DNA of 56,419 nt, the filler included, from Dimargaris cristalligena (lineage: Eukaryota), in NCBI GenBank assembly GCA_003614675.1. It is 3 parts of 3 records of this genome, joined end to end, with 100 filler letters (N's around TTAATTAATTAA, not from the genome) between each part and the next. Parts side by side here need not be neighbours in the genome. Positions count along the whole stretch, not along the records: positions 18,867 to 37,605 come from ML002756.1; 2 more parts are not named here. One strand, 5' to 3'. Numbering within the stretch: the first letter of the stretch is position 1; every line of letters begins with the position of its first letter. A model generated the notes under the pieces. The model worked only from the letters and a program-made list of their open reading frames with translations, did no database searches and was not told where the DNA came from. Of the stretch, positions 20,504 through 34,094 are shown in pieces. Made by a program: the position numbers and the translations under genes.

Positions 20504-21942
20504 TTAGGCCATTTGATCTTTTGGCATCATTTTAGCCACTTGAGCCTTCCCGTGGTTATTGAGTATGGCTAGATGTTCTCTCATATTCCGTTTCGCTTTT
20601 TCAATAGCTAATTTAAATTTTAAAGGGCCTTCTAGATCGGTTTCACGTCCTAGAAATTTCACTGAAGAGAATACTACATTTCCACTTGGAAAGTTTTCGG
20701 CATTTGCCATCCTATCACAGTGGTGCCCATTTACGCCTGTAAAGAAATGAATTACCTCTTGATCCAGGGTTTTGTTCCAGGTTAGGGAAAATATAAGCGA
20801 AGGGATAAGTACATATTTGGATTTTGCTTTGAGAAAAGTCCTCATTTGATAGTCAAAATCGCAGTGCTCAAACCTGGTATTGCCATTAGTAGCAAGGTCC
20901 GACAATGTTCGAAACAAAGACCTAAGGATACCTTTGTAGCTCACAAGTCTTGTATCAGTAGAGCCAGATGAGTGGGTATCCGTGCTGAGCTGATCTGATT
21001 GTATTTCATGGGCGGAGGATTCGCCCGGACCGGAAATTACTCCTCGGAGAGCTAAAAAGGTTTGCTGCGACAGAACATTGCAGAATCTCTCAGATTGGAA
21101 AACCGAGAGTCTGGCTTTTTGTATGGACCTAATAATATACTTATAATTAGGATTCATGTTGAATAGCTTCAATGCATCGCCACGATGTCGTTCATGACCG
21201 AATTTAACCGTGCCCTCCTCGGCCAATTTCAAAAACTTATCGAAAGTTTTAGAAGCCGTGCCGTGATTCTTGAAATGGGCTGGGAAATGGACCTTAAATG
21301 GGTGCGTGGTTTGGTCATACACATCAGGTAAAGTGTCGCCTCGGTAGTTCGGCGGGGATTCTTGGTTCCTGACGAGTGTATTTTTTGCTGTCTAGATGAG
21401 CGGTGGGGTACATGTCCCGAATTTGAATTTGACCTGATTAGGGAAGTGGACTGCCTATTCGAAATTTTGCCGGATGGTCTCTGAGCAGGCGGCTTATATA
21501 TAGGAACCGATCCGTTGGTAACGACGTCCAAAGTCAATGGGCGGGTAGGCCCGTCTTGGCCATAGTAGTCGTAGGAAATGGCCATTATTTTTGAAGCAAA
21601 AAATTGTGGGTAATGAGAGTCGATTGGCCAGCCCACCCTTCTGGTATCAGGCGACACGCCCACACCCTCTAGACCAGTCCCTTTTAGGAATTTGCACATT
21701 GGTGGTAGGAGGCTGGGATTCTCGATCCTATAGGAGGCGTGAGAGATATCGGTGCCCACCGGTTGCAGCAACTCGCCTTTGGAGTTAATTCTGGGCAGTG
21801 GTACTTCATCCAAAGGGGCGTTTTGAGGGACATGGTTTATGGTTCCAGTATCTGGTTCAACCATAAGTTGAGAGTGGCTTGGACTGGTGCCCAAAATCCA
21901 GACGAGGGCGAGAGGGATCAAGCGAGTGGGCAGAAGGGCCAT
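20504..21942 (-). CDS. Orphan secreted-protein candidate split across two overlapping frames (frameshift, pseudogene or unrecognised intron)
   Basis: ORF 21229..21942 begins with signal-peptide-like MALLPTRLIPLALVWILGTSPSHSQ. The downstream frame, ending at 20504, is open from about 21391 and has no good start of its own (GTG in the track). No family recognised. Confidence 0.5.
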
Positions 21943-23770
21943 TCTATCGGTTATTGTGACGAGTAGGTGGGGAGTAAGAGGGTTTTTGAAATAGTTCAGT
22001 GCGAAACGAAAGGAAGTGCTGACTGTAGTGTTAGGAAATGTACAAACATTAAATAACAGTTGAGTGACAAGGAGTGGATAAGTTCAATACATGATATAAT
22101 AGTGTCTACATAAAATTTGGGTGGCGGGTAAAGTTTAGAATGCCCAAAGGGTGCGAGTTAGGCAGGTTTAATACACCGTGAGCTCCGAGTACAATCCCGC
22201 CATTTCTTGCTGGCCATTTGGTAAGCGAGGTTTTTCTGTTGTTGGACAGCCCTATTTTTTCCACAGTGGGTTACAGCAGTCGTTTTCGGATGAGAAAGTA
22301 GCCCCTGTGGGACACTTGAATAATTCCTGAATAATTGGGGTGGGACACCGTTACACTAGCCAGCATCGACAATGTTGTACACTGTATTTTTTCAAGAAAT
22401 TGAAACGTCTCATATTTGGGTATTGTGAAGGTAGTCACTGTGCATTCATAGAAGCGCATGGAGTATTGGATAGAACAATGTACTTTTCGTTTGATGATCT
22501 AAAGCGGGGTGTGAATTAGCAACTACAGTAGGTATCTGTGGCTTTTGGACCACTTACCCTCAAGGATAGTGGCCGGCTCAATTGAACGACAAAACAATCA
22601 GCGAGTGGGCCGGACCATGTTGATAAATGTATACCCCACCAACTACCCTATACATATTCTTTCAACACCCTTCGCGTTCGATTTGGGCTTCTCCCAAGCG
22701 CACTTGGTTCCAGGATATTCCCCACGCTGCAGCTGTTCTGACTAATTATTGGCACTCTAATTGGTTTTTGGTGTTTAAAAGGTGGCATTTTAGGCAATGT
22801 AGATCTTTGCGTGAAACCACGACGATAAAATATACAAAAGAGCATTCCGCTATCCATTCATTGCAATACTTACCAATAAGTGCACCGTACTAATACAACC
22901 ACATGAAAACTGTAGTATTTTTGAGGCCACTTGGAAAGTATTAAGCTCAAAAGTGATAAAATGGGAATTGGGTTGTAACCATCGGTGGTGAAAAATACCA
23001 CTCTTGCACTCCACCGACAAAGGTGAGAAACTAAAAACCAACATCCATTAGAATATCCCAATACATATAGTTATTTAAAAATATAGAATTATTGATATTG
23101 ATATTGATATTGATAATGGTAATGACCTTTGCTAATTATGCGCATGAATATGTAATACACTGAGTATTACGTATAACGATTAACGATATAAAATATATGA
23201 ACTTCAATTAAAACCGCTACATATAATGTATTTGGGTACCTAGGGCAATACATATATAGAAAACAACAAGAGCGGCCAAAACAATGTACAATTGTTACGG
23301 AGCTGGACCACAGCTGTTAGTAAAGTGAAGACTAGCTGATGGGTTTACTACTCATAACCAGTAGGGAAATTGACCCGTACAAAATAATGGACCGTTTTGA
23401 AGCCAATGGTAGCTATAGACACTAGACCTAGTATAAGATCACCGAGGACATTGTCTAGCAAAGAAATAGGTAGAGTTGCTCTCCAATATGCCGACAAGAT
23501 ACAATGCAATTGGACTTTAGTCTTCTAAAGTATAAAAAGAGCAGACTGGGTAATAATAGTTAAGAGCGGGTGGATAATAGCATTCAACTAGTAGGTCCGA
23601 AGTGGCATACCAGTTCTGTCAAACGAAGGGAAATGAATACTAAATTAGTCCGAAATGTGGCGGTATGGCTGTGATTATACAATGATCAAATATCCCTCTA
23701 CATCCTTGAGAAAAGGAGGTGAGAAAAAGACAGGGCGCTCAAACTGCGTATCAGCCAACTACGCCAGATA

Positions 23771-25159
23771 TTATACAAAGGCAGCTGAAATGATAGCAGT
23801 AACCGCAGGTAGTGCTCGCCCGATAACCCGCAGGACAGCCCGATGATACGGGTGGATTAACTTTAATACCCTAGGCAGCCACGCGTGGTTTTCGACAACA
23901 AGACTAAACGGCATCAGACAATTGGCCGAAGGCAGGTCCAGTACTGGGCGCTTAGCTGGACGGGTGACATGGTCCGCAGTTTCGTGTGGTTGAGCCTTGA
24001 CCCCGCTGCCTCGAGTCTTCGTAGCCTGAAGCTTAATTGTGAATGAGTTGGCGGATCTAGTTGGAGCTTCTAAGGCAGTAGCGGCCTGGGGCACGGCACT
24101 GCCACGAATGTATCGTCTGGGTGTACGAAGTTGTATCACCATGCGGCCATTGGGATAGGCAGGAGTGCCTCCTTGAGACGGGGTAATGAAATGCCCCTTG
24201 GCGATCAAGTTTGCGGAACTGGGTTTCGTGGTCACAGTGCCGACGGATTTGGATTCAGCTGCCGAGACATCGGGGGCCAGGGAAATATTAGCAATGTAAA
24301 GAGAATGGTTTGGTCTGCGGAGTTTTATGGCCATGGGGTGGTTGTTACCAATAGAATCCATTACCTGAGGCTGGGCGGCGGGATGGATTTGTATGGTGGA
24401 ATTCATGGAACCGGGCTTAATAACCATGTTACCAATGGGTGTTGGTACATTTACACAGGTCGCGGTGGTCGGGAATGCATTAGTGTCACGAGTATAACAT
24501 TTCGGGGTATACAGTTGTATAATCATGGGTCCATCGGGATGGATTGGTGCGTTTTCTGGGGACTGAGTGGTGGGATACATCTTCACGAGAAAGTTAGTAA
24601 AACTGGGTTTTATAGCCTCAGCGTCAGCGTCGGCGGAGTTAATTTTGACTGAGGAGACCGCACTAGTCTGGGGCACATTGGTGATATGAAGGGGGTGTTT
24701 CGGTCTGCGTAACTGTATGGTCATGGAGTGGTCGGGACAAATGGGGCTGATTGCCTGGTGATGGGTGGGGGGATGGTGCTTGGAGGCAGTTCTCTCAGAA
24801 CAAGGTTTGATAACCGTGTTGCTGATGGGTTTGGCTGCAGTCGCCGTGACCTCAGTGGTACGGGGTTCCTTGGTGGCACCAATGAAATCTTTGCGGGTAC
24901 GGAGCTGGATGGCCACGGAATGGTCAAGTGATGCGGGACTGACCACTTGGCGCTGGACAACAGGATGGGTCTGAGTAGTAGTTGCCCCGAAGCTGGGTTT
25001 CATTTCCTTGGCGCCGCTAGGCTTGGATACAGCGGAAGCAATCACAGTTGTTTGGGGTGTATAGGTGATGCTATTGAAAGGTTTCCGGGAGTGGAGCTGG
25101 ACGAATATAGTTTGATCGGGACAGACAATCAAAATATTTAACACCACCGAAAAGTACAA
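23771..25159 (-). CDS. Hypothetical Pro/Thr/Ser-rich protein with six ~65-aa internal repeats; true 5' end unresolved
   Basis: 462-codon open frame with periodic D/N-x-x-M-x-IQLR-x-P-K motifs. Possible first exon at 25389-25318 (ATG ... GTAAGT donor), but no acceptor could be assigned with confidence. Confidence 0.6.
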   Translation of the reverse strand: MYFSVVLNILIVCPDQTIFVQLHSRKPFNSITYTPQTTVIASAVSKPSGAKEMKPSFGATTTQTHPVVQRQVVSPASLDHSVAIQLRTRKDFIGATKEPRTTEVTATAAKPISNTVIKPCSERTASKHHPPTHHQAISPICPDHSMTIQLRRPKHPLHITNVPQTSAVSSVKINSADADAEAIKPSFTNFLVKMYPTTQSPENAPIHPDGPMIIQLYTPKCYTRDTNAFPTTATCVNVPTPIGNMVIKPGSMNSTIQIHPAAQPQVMDSIGNNHPMAIKLRRPNHSLYIANISLAPDVSAAESKSVGTVTTKPSSANLIAKGHFITPSQGGTPAYPNGRMVIQLRTPRRYIRGSAVPQAATALEAPTRSANSFTIKLQATKTRGSGVKAQPHETADHVTRPAKRPVLDLPSANCLMPFSLVVENHAWLPRVLKLIHPYHRAVLRVIGRALPAVTAIISAAFV

Positions 25160-27537
25160 AATATTAATATATAGACTAGTTAGTGGAAGTTTCCTCGATA
25201 ATTTTTATTAAGTAGGAACCGTGGTCATTGGTTATTGTATTAGTCCACACCGGACGACATGGCGGGGATATAGCAGCTACTAATAGAGGCACATTCATTA
25301 GGTCGGAGAACACTTACATTGTCGTGGATGGTCCCAGCGTGGATACCGACGGGCACGAACTGGGAGCGGAAGATGGTGATCAGGGACATTTTGACGGTGT
25401 TGTGAGGTAGAAGGGGGCGGCCGTGTGATGGTAAATGGGAGATAGAAGGCTGGGGGACAAGAGTATAAGTGTAATACTCGGCGGTTATAGAAAATGATAA
25501 CGACAAATAGTACCAGAACGTATAGAAAGCGGACGTGAGATGAGAATAGTGTAGATAGAGGAACAATAAACTGGAGAATATATAAGATACAATAATTGTA
25601 CGGGGATACAAAGGTCTCGGTGTGAATGTGAACAGGATGGATATCTGTGTAATTAGAAATCAGTGGGTAAGGCAACGGGAAAGGTAAATGGTATAGATCG
25701 GATGGGTGTAGAAAGGCGAGGAGGATGGGCCTAGATGCGGCCGGGACTTGGTCTTTAAATATTTTGCCGTACCTTGAATGCTGCCCTGAGGCCGTGGACG
25801 CTATCCCTATAATCTACTCCCCAAACCATCACTCGTGCCCATCTTTAAGAAATGGAGCAGTGCGGCCCGCGTTGCTTCATTTTGATACCCATATCTAGGC
25901 CAAAACAAGTCTACTCCTGAATCAGTTTGCATGCGGCCGCCATGAAGCTGCAGCCACGGTTTCCAAATCCCCTCGGCAAAGCGCAGGCTTGCTTTGTTTG
26001 GGTTTTGCTGAAGACATACTGTATTACTCCATTGCCCTGCTCCAATTTTAGAGAGGTGAAATAGATAGTCCTGTCGGTTTCCTATATGCATCACCCAGGA
26101 AGAATAAAGGAGACTCCTCCCCATGAATTATCACATTCCGTAGCCAGCTGGGGGGCGCCTTGCGGCATTGTAAAGGGATTTGCTTTAGAGGTGCATTACT
26201 CAAAAATCAGGGGGCTCGGTGGTGGTGGTGTCTTCAGCAGCCCGCCCGAAAGGGTGCCCAGGTACGCCATCTCCACCTTCAACCAAGATCTAGGTCGGTC
26301 TAATCGATGTCTTGATGCGGGACTTTCCCCTCTCATTTGATTGTTGCCAGCAGTGTCCCGCTGATGTTGGGTTTTCTAATCAACCCTGTTTTGTGGGCAG
26401 CTGAATAGGCATATATGATGGTTTTTGCTGCTGCGTCTAAAGCATCTATACACCACTAACCCAAGTATAAGTATGGAAAATAGGACAAAGCCGTGCGTAA
26501 CATTTGGTGTTTTGCTGTAGCTAGAATACCACCAGCCCAATACAGGACCTATAACTAGGGTGCACTGGAGTGAGCCTTTGACTGCTTAAAGATGTAGCTG
26601 GCCAGACACACAGCCCATTTTCCCCACCCCCCACCTAGTCACTGTCTAGCTACGAGCAATAAATAATCACTGATTGGTCAATTGGCACACAGGTGCCAAA
26701 TATTATCTTCAGAGGTCTTCTCACATTTTTTGTATGTCGTTCCAATGTAGTCTAAGTAATGAGGTAGGCCAAGCCTTGAACAATTATTGCTTATCACCTC
26801 TTAACATTATTCCGTAGTCATATATTTTTATGGTGTCACCGAAAACCACCAGTGTAAGGTCATTGTCGAAAGTGGTGTATCGTATACTTGTCGTTTCTAT
26901 AGGAACGAGTATTTCATTAAATTACCAAATATTCAATTGTTCAGTGTGGTTACATGTTCCATGTGGTCATCCGACCAAAAGGGCCCTATGGCTTCTCTTT
27001 GATTAATTTGAGTCTCTGTTTATATATAGATATTATATATACTTTTTCTATGAAGGCTCCCGAACATGGCTAAGCCCAATGGTGCACCGCAAGGCTTTGG
27101 TTGTCCGGTCTACTATCAATTTTCAACTGCTGTATTCGATTTTGCTATAAAAAAAAGAATAGATATACCATGGCAAATGCAATACTGTGATTTATTTATG
27201 AAACAGCTGCTAGGAAATATAGAATAGGTTTAGGTAAATCATATTCCCAACTCATGGGCAACCAATGGCATGTATGGTTTGTTGGGATTATGAGGTTAAT
27301 GCAGCTGGTGTCAGGAATACATCATAAATTGGCGAAATTTAAGGCCAAAGAACTAATCAACAACTATTAGGATGCGGGATATAGTAGCGATTAATTTACT
27401 TTGGAGTTCCTTTAGTCAGTCAAAATACGAATCAAAAATTAGGCGTATAGTATTGGGTCGTTTTCACATCCGTCCTCGATACAGACGTAAATTTGATTTT
27501 AGAATATGAGTCGAATCTCGTATAATTTCGACCGTCG

Positions 27538-27610
27538 GGTTTCATAGTGTAGTTGGTTATCACACGGGATTCTGATTCCCGTGACCCGAGTTCGAATCTC
27601 GGTGAGACCT
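27538..27610 (+). tRNA. tRNA-Gln (anticodon CTG), intronless
   Basis: Acceptor stem GGTTTCA/TGAGACC, D-arm with A box, anticodon arm CGGGA-TTCTGAT-TCCCG, T-loop GTTCGAATC, followed by T-run Pol III terminators. Confidence 0.96.
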
Positions 27611-29243
27611 TTTTCTCCCATTTTTTTCTCAGGTGGGACAATTATTTTCCGATAGACATTATCCCACCAGTTCACTTGGTTATATTTTATTAGAATCCCT
27701 CTGCAACTAGAAGGTCCGTCCTCCATTTTCACACTCCGCCCACCCTAGAATCATAATACTACCCGGCGGTACCCCCTTTTGGATTTCTACACCGCATTTT
27801 ACACAATACCACTACTAATGTACTTGTGGTTTTATCTACACCTTCATGATTTTTGATGGCCACCTCGGATACTCTGCCCCTTGCCAATTGTTTAATCACC
27901 CATCCTTGTCCTATAAAAACAGTTGAACTATAGACTATATGTGTTTACTCTTGCGAATCAAGTGGTTACTTCAAGGGCTCATAAGGTGTTGCTGCCTTGG
28001 TTTCGGGCCACCTTCCACCAGCAATTTATAAACAACGTCGATGGTATAGAAGCTCTAGGGCAATATTGGCTGCAACCGCCACTGCACTATCTATATTTCA
28101 CCTAGTGATATGTTACCATTGCAGATCTTCCATCTTATTTGTCCACATGGAAATGGGCCTACAAAACGCCGCTATTGCCCGCCAATAACAGGTGGGTTTT
28201 ATATTCCTAAAGGCATGCATCCTTCCAGATCTATAACTACTATATTCCCTTCTTATCCCAATTGATGTCTCCTCCATTTTCCAGCACCTCGGTATTGTTT
28301 AGCTGCCGAACCATGCGCCATCACTGTTGGGCCACTTGGAATTGCAGTCTACTTACCGTTTTTTTTAATTACACGACTTAGCGAGACTACCGGGTGGCCT
28401 ATAAGTCATGTGTCTTTCATAGTATAAGGAATTCATTAATTATATTCGATTGTTCTTAGGGGTCCATTTTATTAAGCGACTGATACTGGTGTGCCTTACC
28501 AGTCTCTTGAAGAAACATCGTAACCCTGTGAATTATACGCTACAGCGCATTAGGGTTGGCACCTACAAATACATTATCACTAGCCACTACTATTATGTAC
28601 TCGGCATTGACATTGTGTAGGGACTTGGGAGTCTAGGTCAATAAAGCAACGGGTTAGCCGAGCACATCGCTTAATAGAATGTTGGCGGATAGCCAGGCTA
28701 TCAGCCGATTTATACTTAATTGACGCCGCCAGTTTCGGGAGGAGAACCGGGATATCGGCCATTTTCACCTCGGCTGTTTTCATTAAAATAAACCTTACTT
28801 GTCATTGGATGCCCAATCTATTTACCACCCACTAAATAGTTAAGGTGGTACATTTATTCCATTCTCTTCCTCTACTTTTACATTGTATCCAAGAAAAACT
28901 CCGCCCATGGGTAATCGAGGTTCGCGCGCGTGTGCGAAAAAGCCCTCAAGTTACTCCCCCTAGTGGCCAGATTGAGCACCTTTATTGATGACCTCTGCTG
29001 GTCACCACCCCCTGTGGCAAGAGGGACAAGGTGAGGGGTGCCCGTCCTAGTCCACAGGCCCATTCCAATGGACCATGCCATTCATATCCACCCCGCGGGT
29101 TGTACTATAGATTGCAATCCCTTCTCTCCCTCGTTAGCTGATAACTCCGTTGTTATTTTGTTTCCTTGGTTCATCGCCTTTGGTAGTTTATTCATAACTA
29201 TTTATATTTACCACTCGCTCGCTGCTATACTGTATCTACGCCC

Positions 29244-32200
29244 ATGGCTCTTCCGGTTGACGAGTTCAATCTAGCCCTCCAAGGGTCTGGTAAGTCGCTC
29301 TTCCTATTTATCCTGGTCGTCGTCCAGCGGCTGGCGGAGTTGTACCCGCCGAAAGGGACGCACTCTTCTCTGTTCCAGCCAGAGTTTCCCTATTGCACTT
29401 GGTCAACAGCGAGCTAATAAGCTCCCTGGCCCAGTTTTATATAGGCAGTGCTTATTCCATCCGCCTGCCTTACTAATCCCGACCCGGTTTCTGGCCCAGT
29501 AAAACTAAACTAATCCCCTTCATTTCTCCCCATCAACGTGTATTGGCTAACCCCCCATTGTCAAATAGATGTCGAGCCGAAACTCGAAGTACTCAATTCA
29601 CTAGGTGGCCGGCTATCCGTCACTCACGAATCTCTCCACGTAAGCAATAGACTCAGTATTTTTCTCTTTCCGTCGAAATGTCGCACAACTTACTTTTCAA
29701 CGTCAAATAGTTTAGTGTCTCAGAAGAAATCGGCACCCAATAGCCAGTAGTCCAATGTCTGCCATTGAAGCAACTATCGTTCGACCAGCTAATGTATCTG
29801 CCCTGCCCTGCCTCGTTTCCATTTTTCATATCCCGACCACAATTATTACCCTATGCGTTCCACCCACTGCGTAGTTGACGGCGTCTGACCCATTAATCTC
29901 CAATCTGGGTAAATGCCTATCGTCATCGCAAATGGGCCTAGGGCTGGCCACTCTAAATACCATACCAGCCCTGGTCGGCTATCTAAGCTCCTACCAGCCC
30001 GGCCTAATCAAGTACGTCCTGCAGCACCTGCTTCCCCCCATGATTGATCGTATTGGGGATCCCAAGCGCCTGGCCCGCGATCGGGCGACGCAGGTACTCG
30101 CTGATTTGTGGAAGGCCACCGTCACCGCGGACGCCAAACTCACCCCAACTGGATCACTCCCACCCACTCGACCCGGTACCCCGAGCCTGACCCCATCCGT
30201 CTCCCGGCTGAAAACACCGTCTCGTACCCGACTGCCTTTGAGCTCATCCACCCCTAATATGAGTTCACTTGGGGCGTCTCCACATGTCGCTCTTATGGCG
30301 GCGTTCGAGCGCGATGTGAAACTCAAGGCGTTCCAACATAAGTCAGCGCGAGTGCGCGAACAAATTCTGGCCTGGCTGCGGCTGTGTAACAAACAATCCT
30401 CGGGATTCCCGGTCAAACGGTACGTTTCCTTTGCTGTGAAACTACTCGAGGACTCCAATGAAGCGGTGCGGGAAGCCGCCAAGAGCGTATTGGCCCATTT
30501 AACCACCACCAGCACCCCCGATACTTTGGAGGAGATTAGTGCCGAGTTGCGCCGGCGTAATATTCGAACCAGCCTGGTTGAAGCTGTGCTGGGCAAAGGG
30601 GGTTTGGTTACCCCGGCCAAACCGGGGGGCCTTTCCCTGCGGCCAGCGTCCCGCGAGGGCTTTCACGAAATCCCCCGACCCAAGACATCGCTAGGCCACG
30701 GTTCCTCGTCCAGCGAAAGCTTCGGCGGAAGTGACCTACCCGGCCGTGGTCTCGGACTCGGCTTGGATTCCTCGTTGGTTGGCCGAACCCTTCGGAAGGC
30801 ATCGGACCCGGTGCCAGGGGCGAGTGCCATGGGTTCCCCAAATAATCCTGTAGTCGAGTTTGAGAAGACTGCCAGTGTGCCACCGGTACCCATCCTATCG
30901 GTCAAATTCCTGGATACCGAAATCCAAAATATGATGCCCTGTTTTGCCGGTAAGGAGGGCGAGGACAATTGGATGCAGCGGGAAAAAGCCATCCAAACTT
31001 TGCGTGGTATGGTCCGCGCCAACCTGGAGGGCTATACTGCCCCCTTCCTAGCCCATTTGAAGAACCTGATGGACGGGATTTTGAAGGCGCTCCACAGTCT
31101 ACGAACCACTCTCCAGATGGCTACGACCCAGTTGATAATCGACCTGGCCCTGACCCTGCGCCACCGTTTGGATAGTTGGGCGGAACTGCTCCTGCACAAT
31201 CTACTTAAACTATGCCAGCTCACCAAAAAGATCTCGAGCCAGGCCGGCTACCAGGCCGCATGTGTCTTGGTACGTTACGTTACCTACCAACCCCGCCTAT
31301 TTGCGCTACTGTCAGCGGCCATGCTGGATAAGAATATCAACCTGCGTATTTACGCCATCGGGATCATCAAGATTCTCCTGGAGAGCCACTTGTTTACCGA
31401 CGGATCCGAGCGGGCCGCCGATGCCCTAGTCCACCTGAACCGCTCGCTCCAGCCGGCCCTGGGCGACGCATCCCCCAAAGTCCGTGAAACCGCCCGCGAA
31501 GTCTACTGGACCTACTGGCACCTGCACCCCTCCTCTGCCGATACTCTACTCAGTACCATTGATCCCACCACTAAGAAACAGGTGATGCGGGAGCAGACCA
31601 AGTATGCCCACTTGCGACGTCAGCTCGCCGCTGTTGTTCCCCCTACCCCCATTGGTCGTCACTCCGCCCCTGCCTCACCGCCCCAGCGCCCCGTTTCCCG
31701 TTCAAGTGACCGGCCTCCCACTAGTAGTGGACTGCGGATAAGCAGCAGCAGCAACGGTGGTGGGGTCGGTGCTAGTACCAATGGAACCACCAAGACTAAC
31801 ACTACCCTTAAATTCGCGTCCACGTCGGGTCTCTTCTCATCGACATCTAGTTCAACTTCGGGGTTGCCCCGGAGACCTCCCAAGTCTGCCACGGGTCTTA
31901 GTACTCCGGCGGGTGATCGCAGCCACCCCCCGACCTCCGAAACCATGGGCTCTCGCTTGCCCAGTGCCTCCTACTCCTCGAATGCTGCCCCCAGCTCTAC
32001 CCGCCGCCATAGTGGAGGGGCCGTGGTTCCAAATGCCCGAGCATCCCTCCCCCCGCCTGCTATTCCCCGATCCTTCGGTGCGGCTAAACCCCGATCCCCG
32101 CTATCGTCACCCCCTTCGGAAGCCTACCGGGCTCACGTCAAGTCACCGTCAAAAAACGGGGTAGGCCACTTCTTACCCGAACCCGGAGCTGTTCCTACGG

Positions 32201-34094
32201 GACGTCCAGTCGGACCACGTTCGGCCCGGGTATCCCATAGGGTCAGCACCCCTGACGGGCCTCCACCCCGCCGCATCATGAGCACGAGTCCGCGTTCACC
32301 ACCCCGGCGCGCTCATCTGGGTGGGGGGGCCCCTTTAAGCCCACCACCCCCCATGTCCATTGACGCCCTCATGACGAGCTCCCCGGCGGCCCCTGTCCCC
32401 ACCCCCGACGATGTCTTTGATACTTCATTAAACGACACTCCGACGGGGCACCACCACCACCATCCCAACGGCTCGGAGGTGGGTGGTCTGGTGACCAGTC
32501 TCCCAAGCTGGGACTTAACCCAGACGGCCAGTGGTGCGCCCTCTCCGGGAGGCATTGCCGCTTCCCCTACCGCCCAGGCCCAAAACCAGATGGGGTCTAC
32601 ACCCCCCATCGAATGCTGCTCCCCCTTGGCCATGGCGGTTGATTCACCTAGTCCCCGCACTCCCGCCACCGCCCGCACTTCAACTTCCGATGTACCCTGG
32701 GGCCGCGCGGGATGGCCTCTTAACACCCCGCAAATGATCAAGGACGGCGTATACTACGCGCTTACCCCAGAGACCGACGAGAAACTCGGCCGCTTCCAAT
32801 CGGCAGGTTCGGCCCTGGTTATGCGCAGCCCTTCCCTCGGGGCGACCCTGGCCACCTCCCCACTTAACTCCGGGATGGTTACCCCCGAGCGACGCCGTAG
32901 TGTCTCTCCGACAGCCCTCGCCTCCATGGCCACCAGCCCGTCTACTCTAGTCCTATCTCCGCTCAGCACGAGTCGGATTAATAACGACCAACAGCAGTCC
33001 ATGGCCCTCCTACGTATGACGCTACCCCTTATTCCGGCGGGTGAGGTGGAAATCGGCCATTTGCGCCAGGTTCAGCGGGTGGTACGCGACCTCACCGAAT
33101 GGCCCGCCCCAGCTTCTCCCACGACCGACCTGGGCCGACCCCACGATATGATGGTCCATTTGATCGTCGCCTGTCTGGCGGCCCTGCAGAACCCGGTCCA
33201 CCATCCGGCTTACCACGAGGAAACGCTCAAAGTGCTCAAGCTGCTCATGGAGGTCCACGGATCGAACTGGGATAACCACGTGGCTCGGGACGCATTCCAC
33301 CAGCTCCTGCACTGCCAGCTGAGCCAGTGGACGGGTATTAATGCCATTGCCGATAACTGCCTGGAGGTTTTGGTACACCATTTCCCCATGGCCCAGGTGC
33401 AGTATCTGATTCTTAATTACTTGGTTCAGGCCACTTCAACCATTCCCAACCACGTTGCCGTGGGTGATGGTGATGTTGAAATGACGGATGGTGAGTCTCC
33501 AACGTATGCGACCCGCTTTGGTATTGCCTACCGGACGGACCCGGTGGTGTTTTCGGACCCTCTCTGCTTATCTAGCTGCCTTCAATTGGTTGGTGTTATA
33601 CTGCCCAAACAATCATGGTCAGAGATTGAAACCCTTTTGCCTGAACTGGCAGGACATATTGTCAAGGTAAGTTCAATATATAGGTTACGGGTAGGAATTC
33701 TGAGTTGATATAGGAGATTCGCTGGGGCGGGTGGGCTCTCCGATCCCTCACCCGCCCACCAGAGTATATGACAATGAGGTATGTGATTTGAAAGGTATAT
33801 TTGCGCCATCTGGCCTTGAGCTAATCTTTACTCGGGTATCACTTATAATTTATCTGCTATGTTAATCCTTTATATCCCGACCAGGCCACCAACCATTCAG
33901 ACTCGCACGTTCGTCGGGCGGCGATTGAGCTCTTTGCTCTGCTTCAGGTGCGGGCTGAACTGGCCGAGGAAGTCATACCAACTGCTAGTGATAAACCTTC
34001 TTCTCCCAGCACCCAGTTTAAGGATTTCAAGGGATTGTTGACGGATGCCCAGCAGCGCCTGGTTAGCATGTACGCTGATCAACACATGCGATAG
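29244..34094 (+). CDS. STU1: CLASP/Stu1 microtubule-associated TOG/HEAT protein; exons 29244-29289, 29569-29639, 29875-33666, 33885-34094
   Basis: CLASP_N/TOG signature (FAGKEGEDNWMQRE..., SLRTTL, LGDASPKVRETAREVYW) and a C-terminal HEAT region (SHVRRAAIELF...QQRLVSMY). All three GT-AG introns are phase-compatible. Confidence 0.88.

Noticed and set aside
25807-26340. GC-richer patch with short ORFs on both strands
   Set aside because: No recognisable motif or consistent exon structure. It may be a gene relic but cannot be supported.
27538-27610. tRNA-Gln as a dedicated suppressor for the precursor TAG
   Set aside because: The anticodon is ordinary CTG, not CTA, and the gene lies on a different, unlinked contig.
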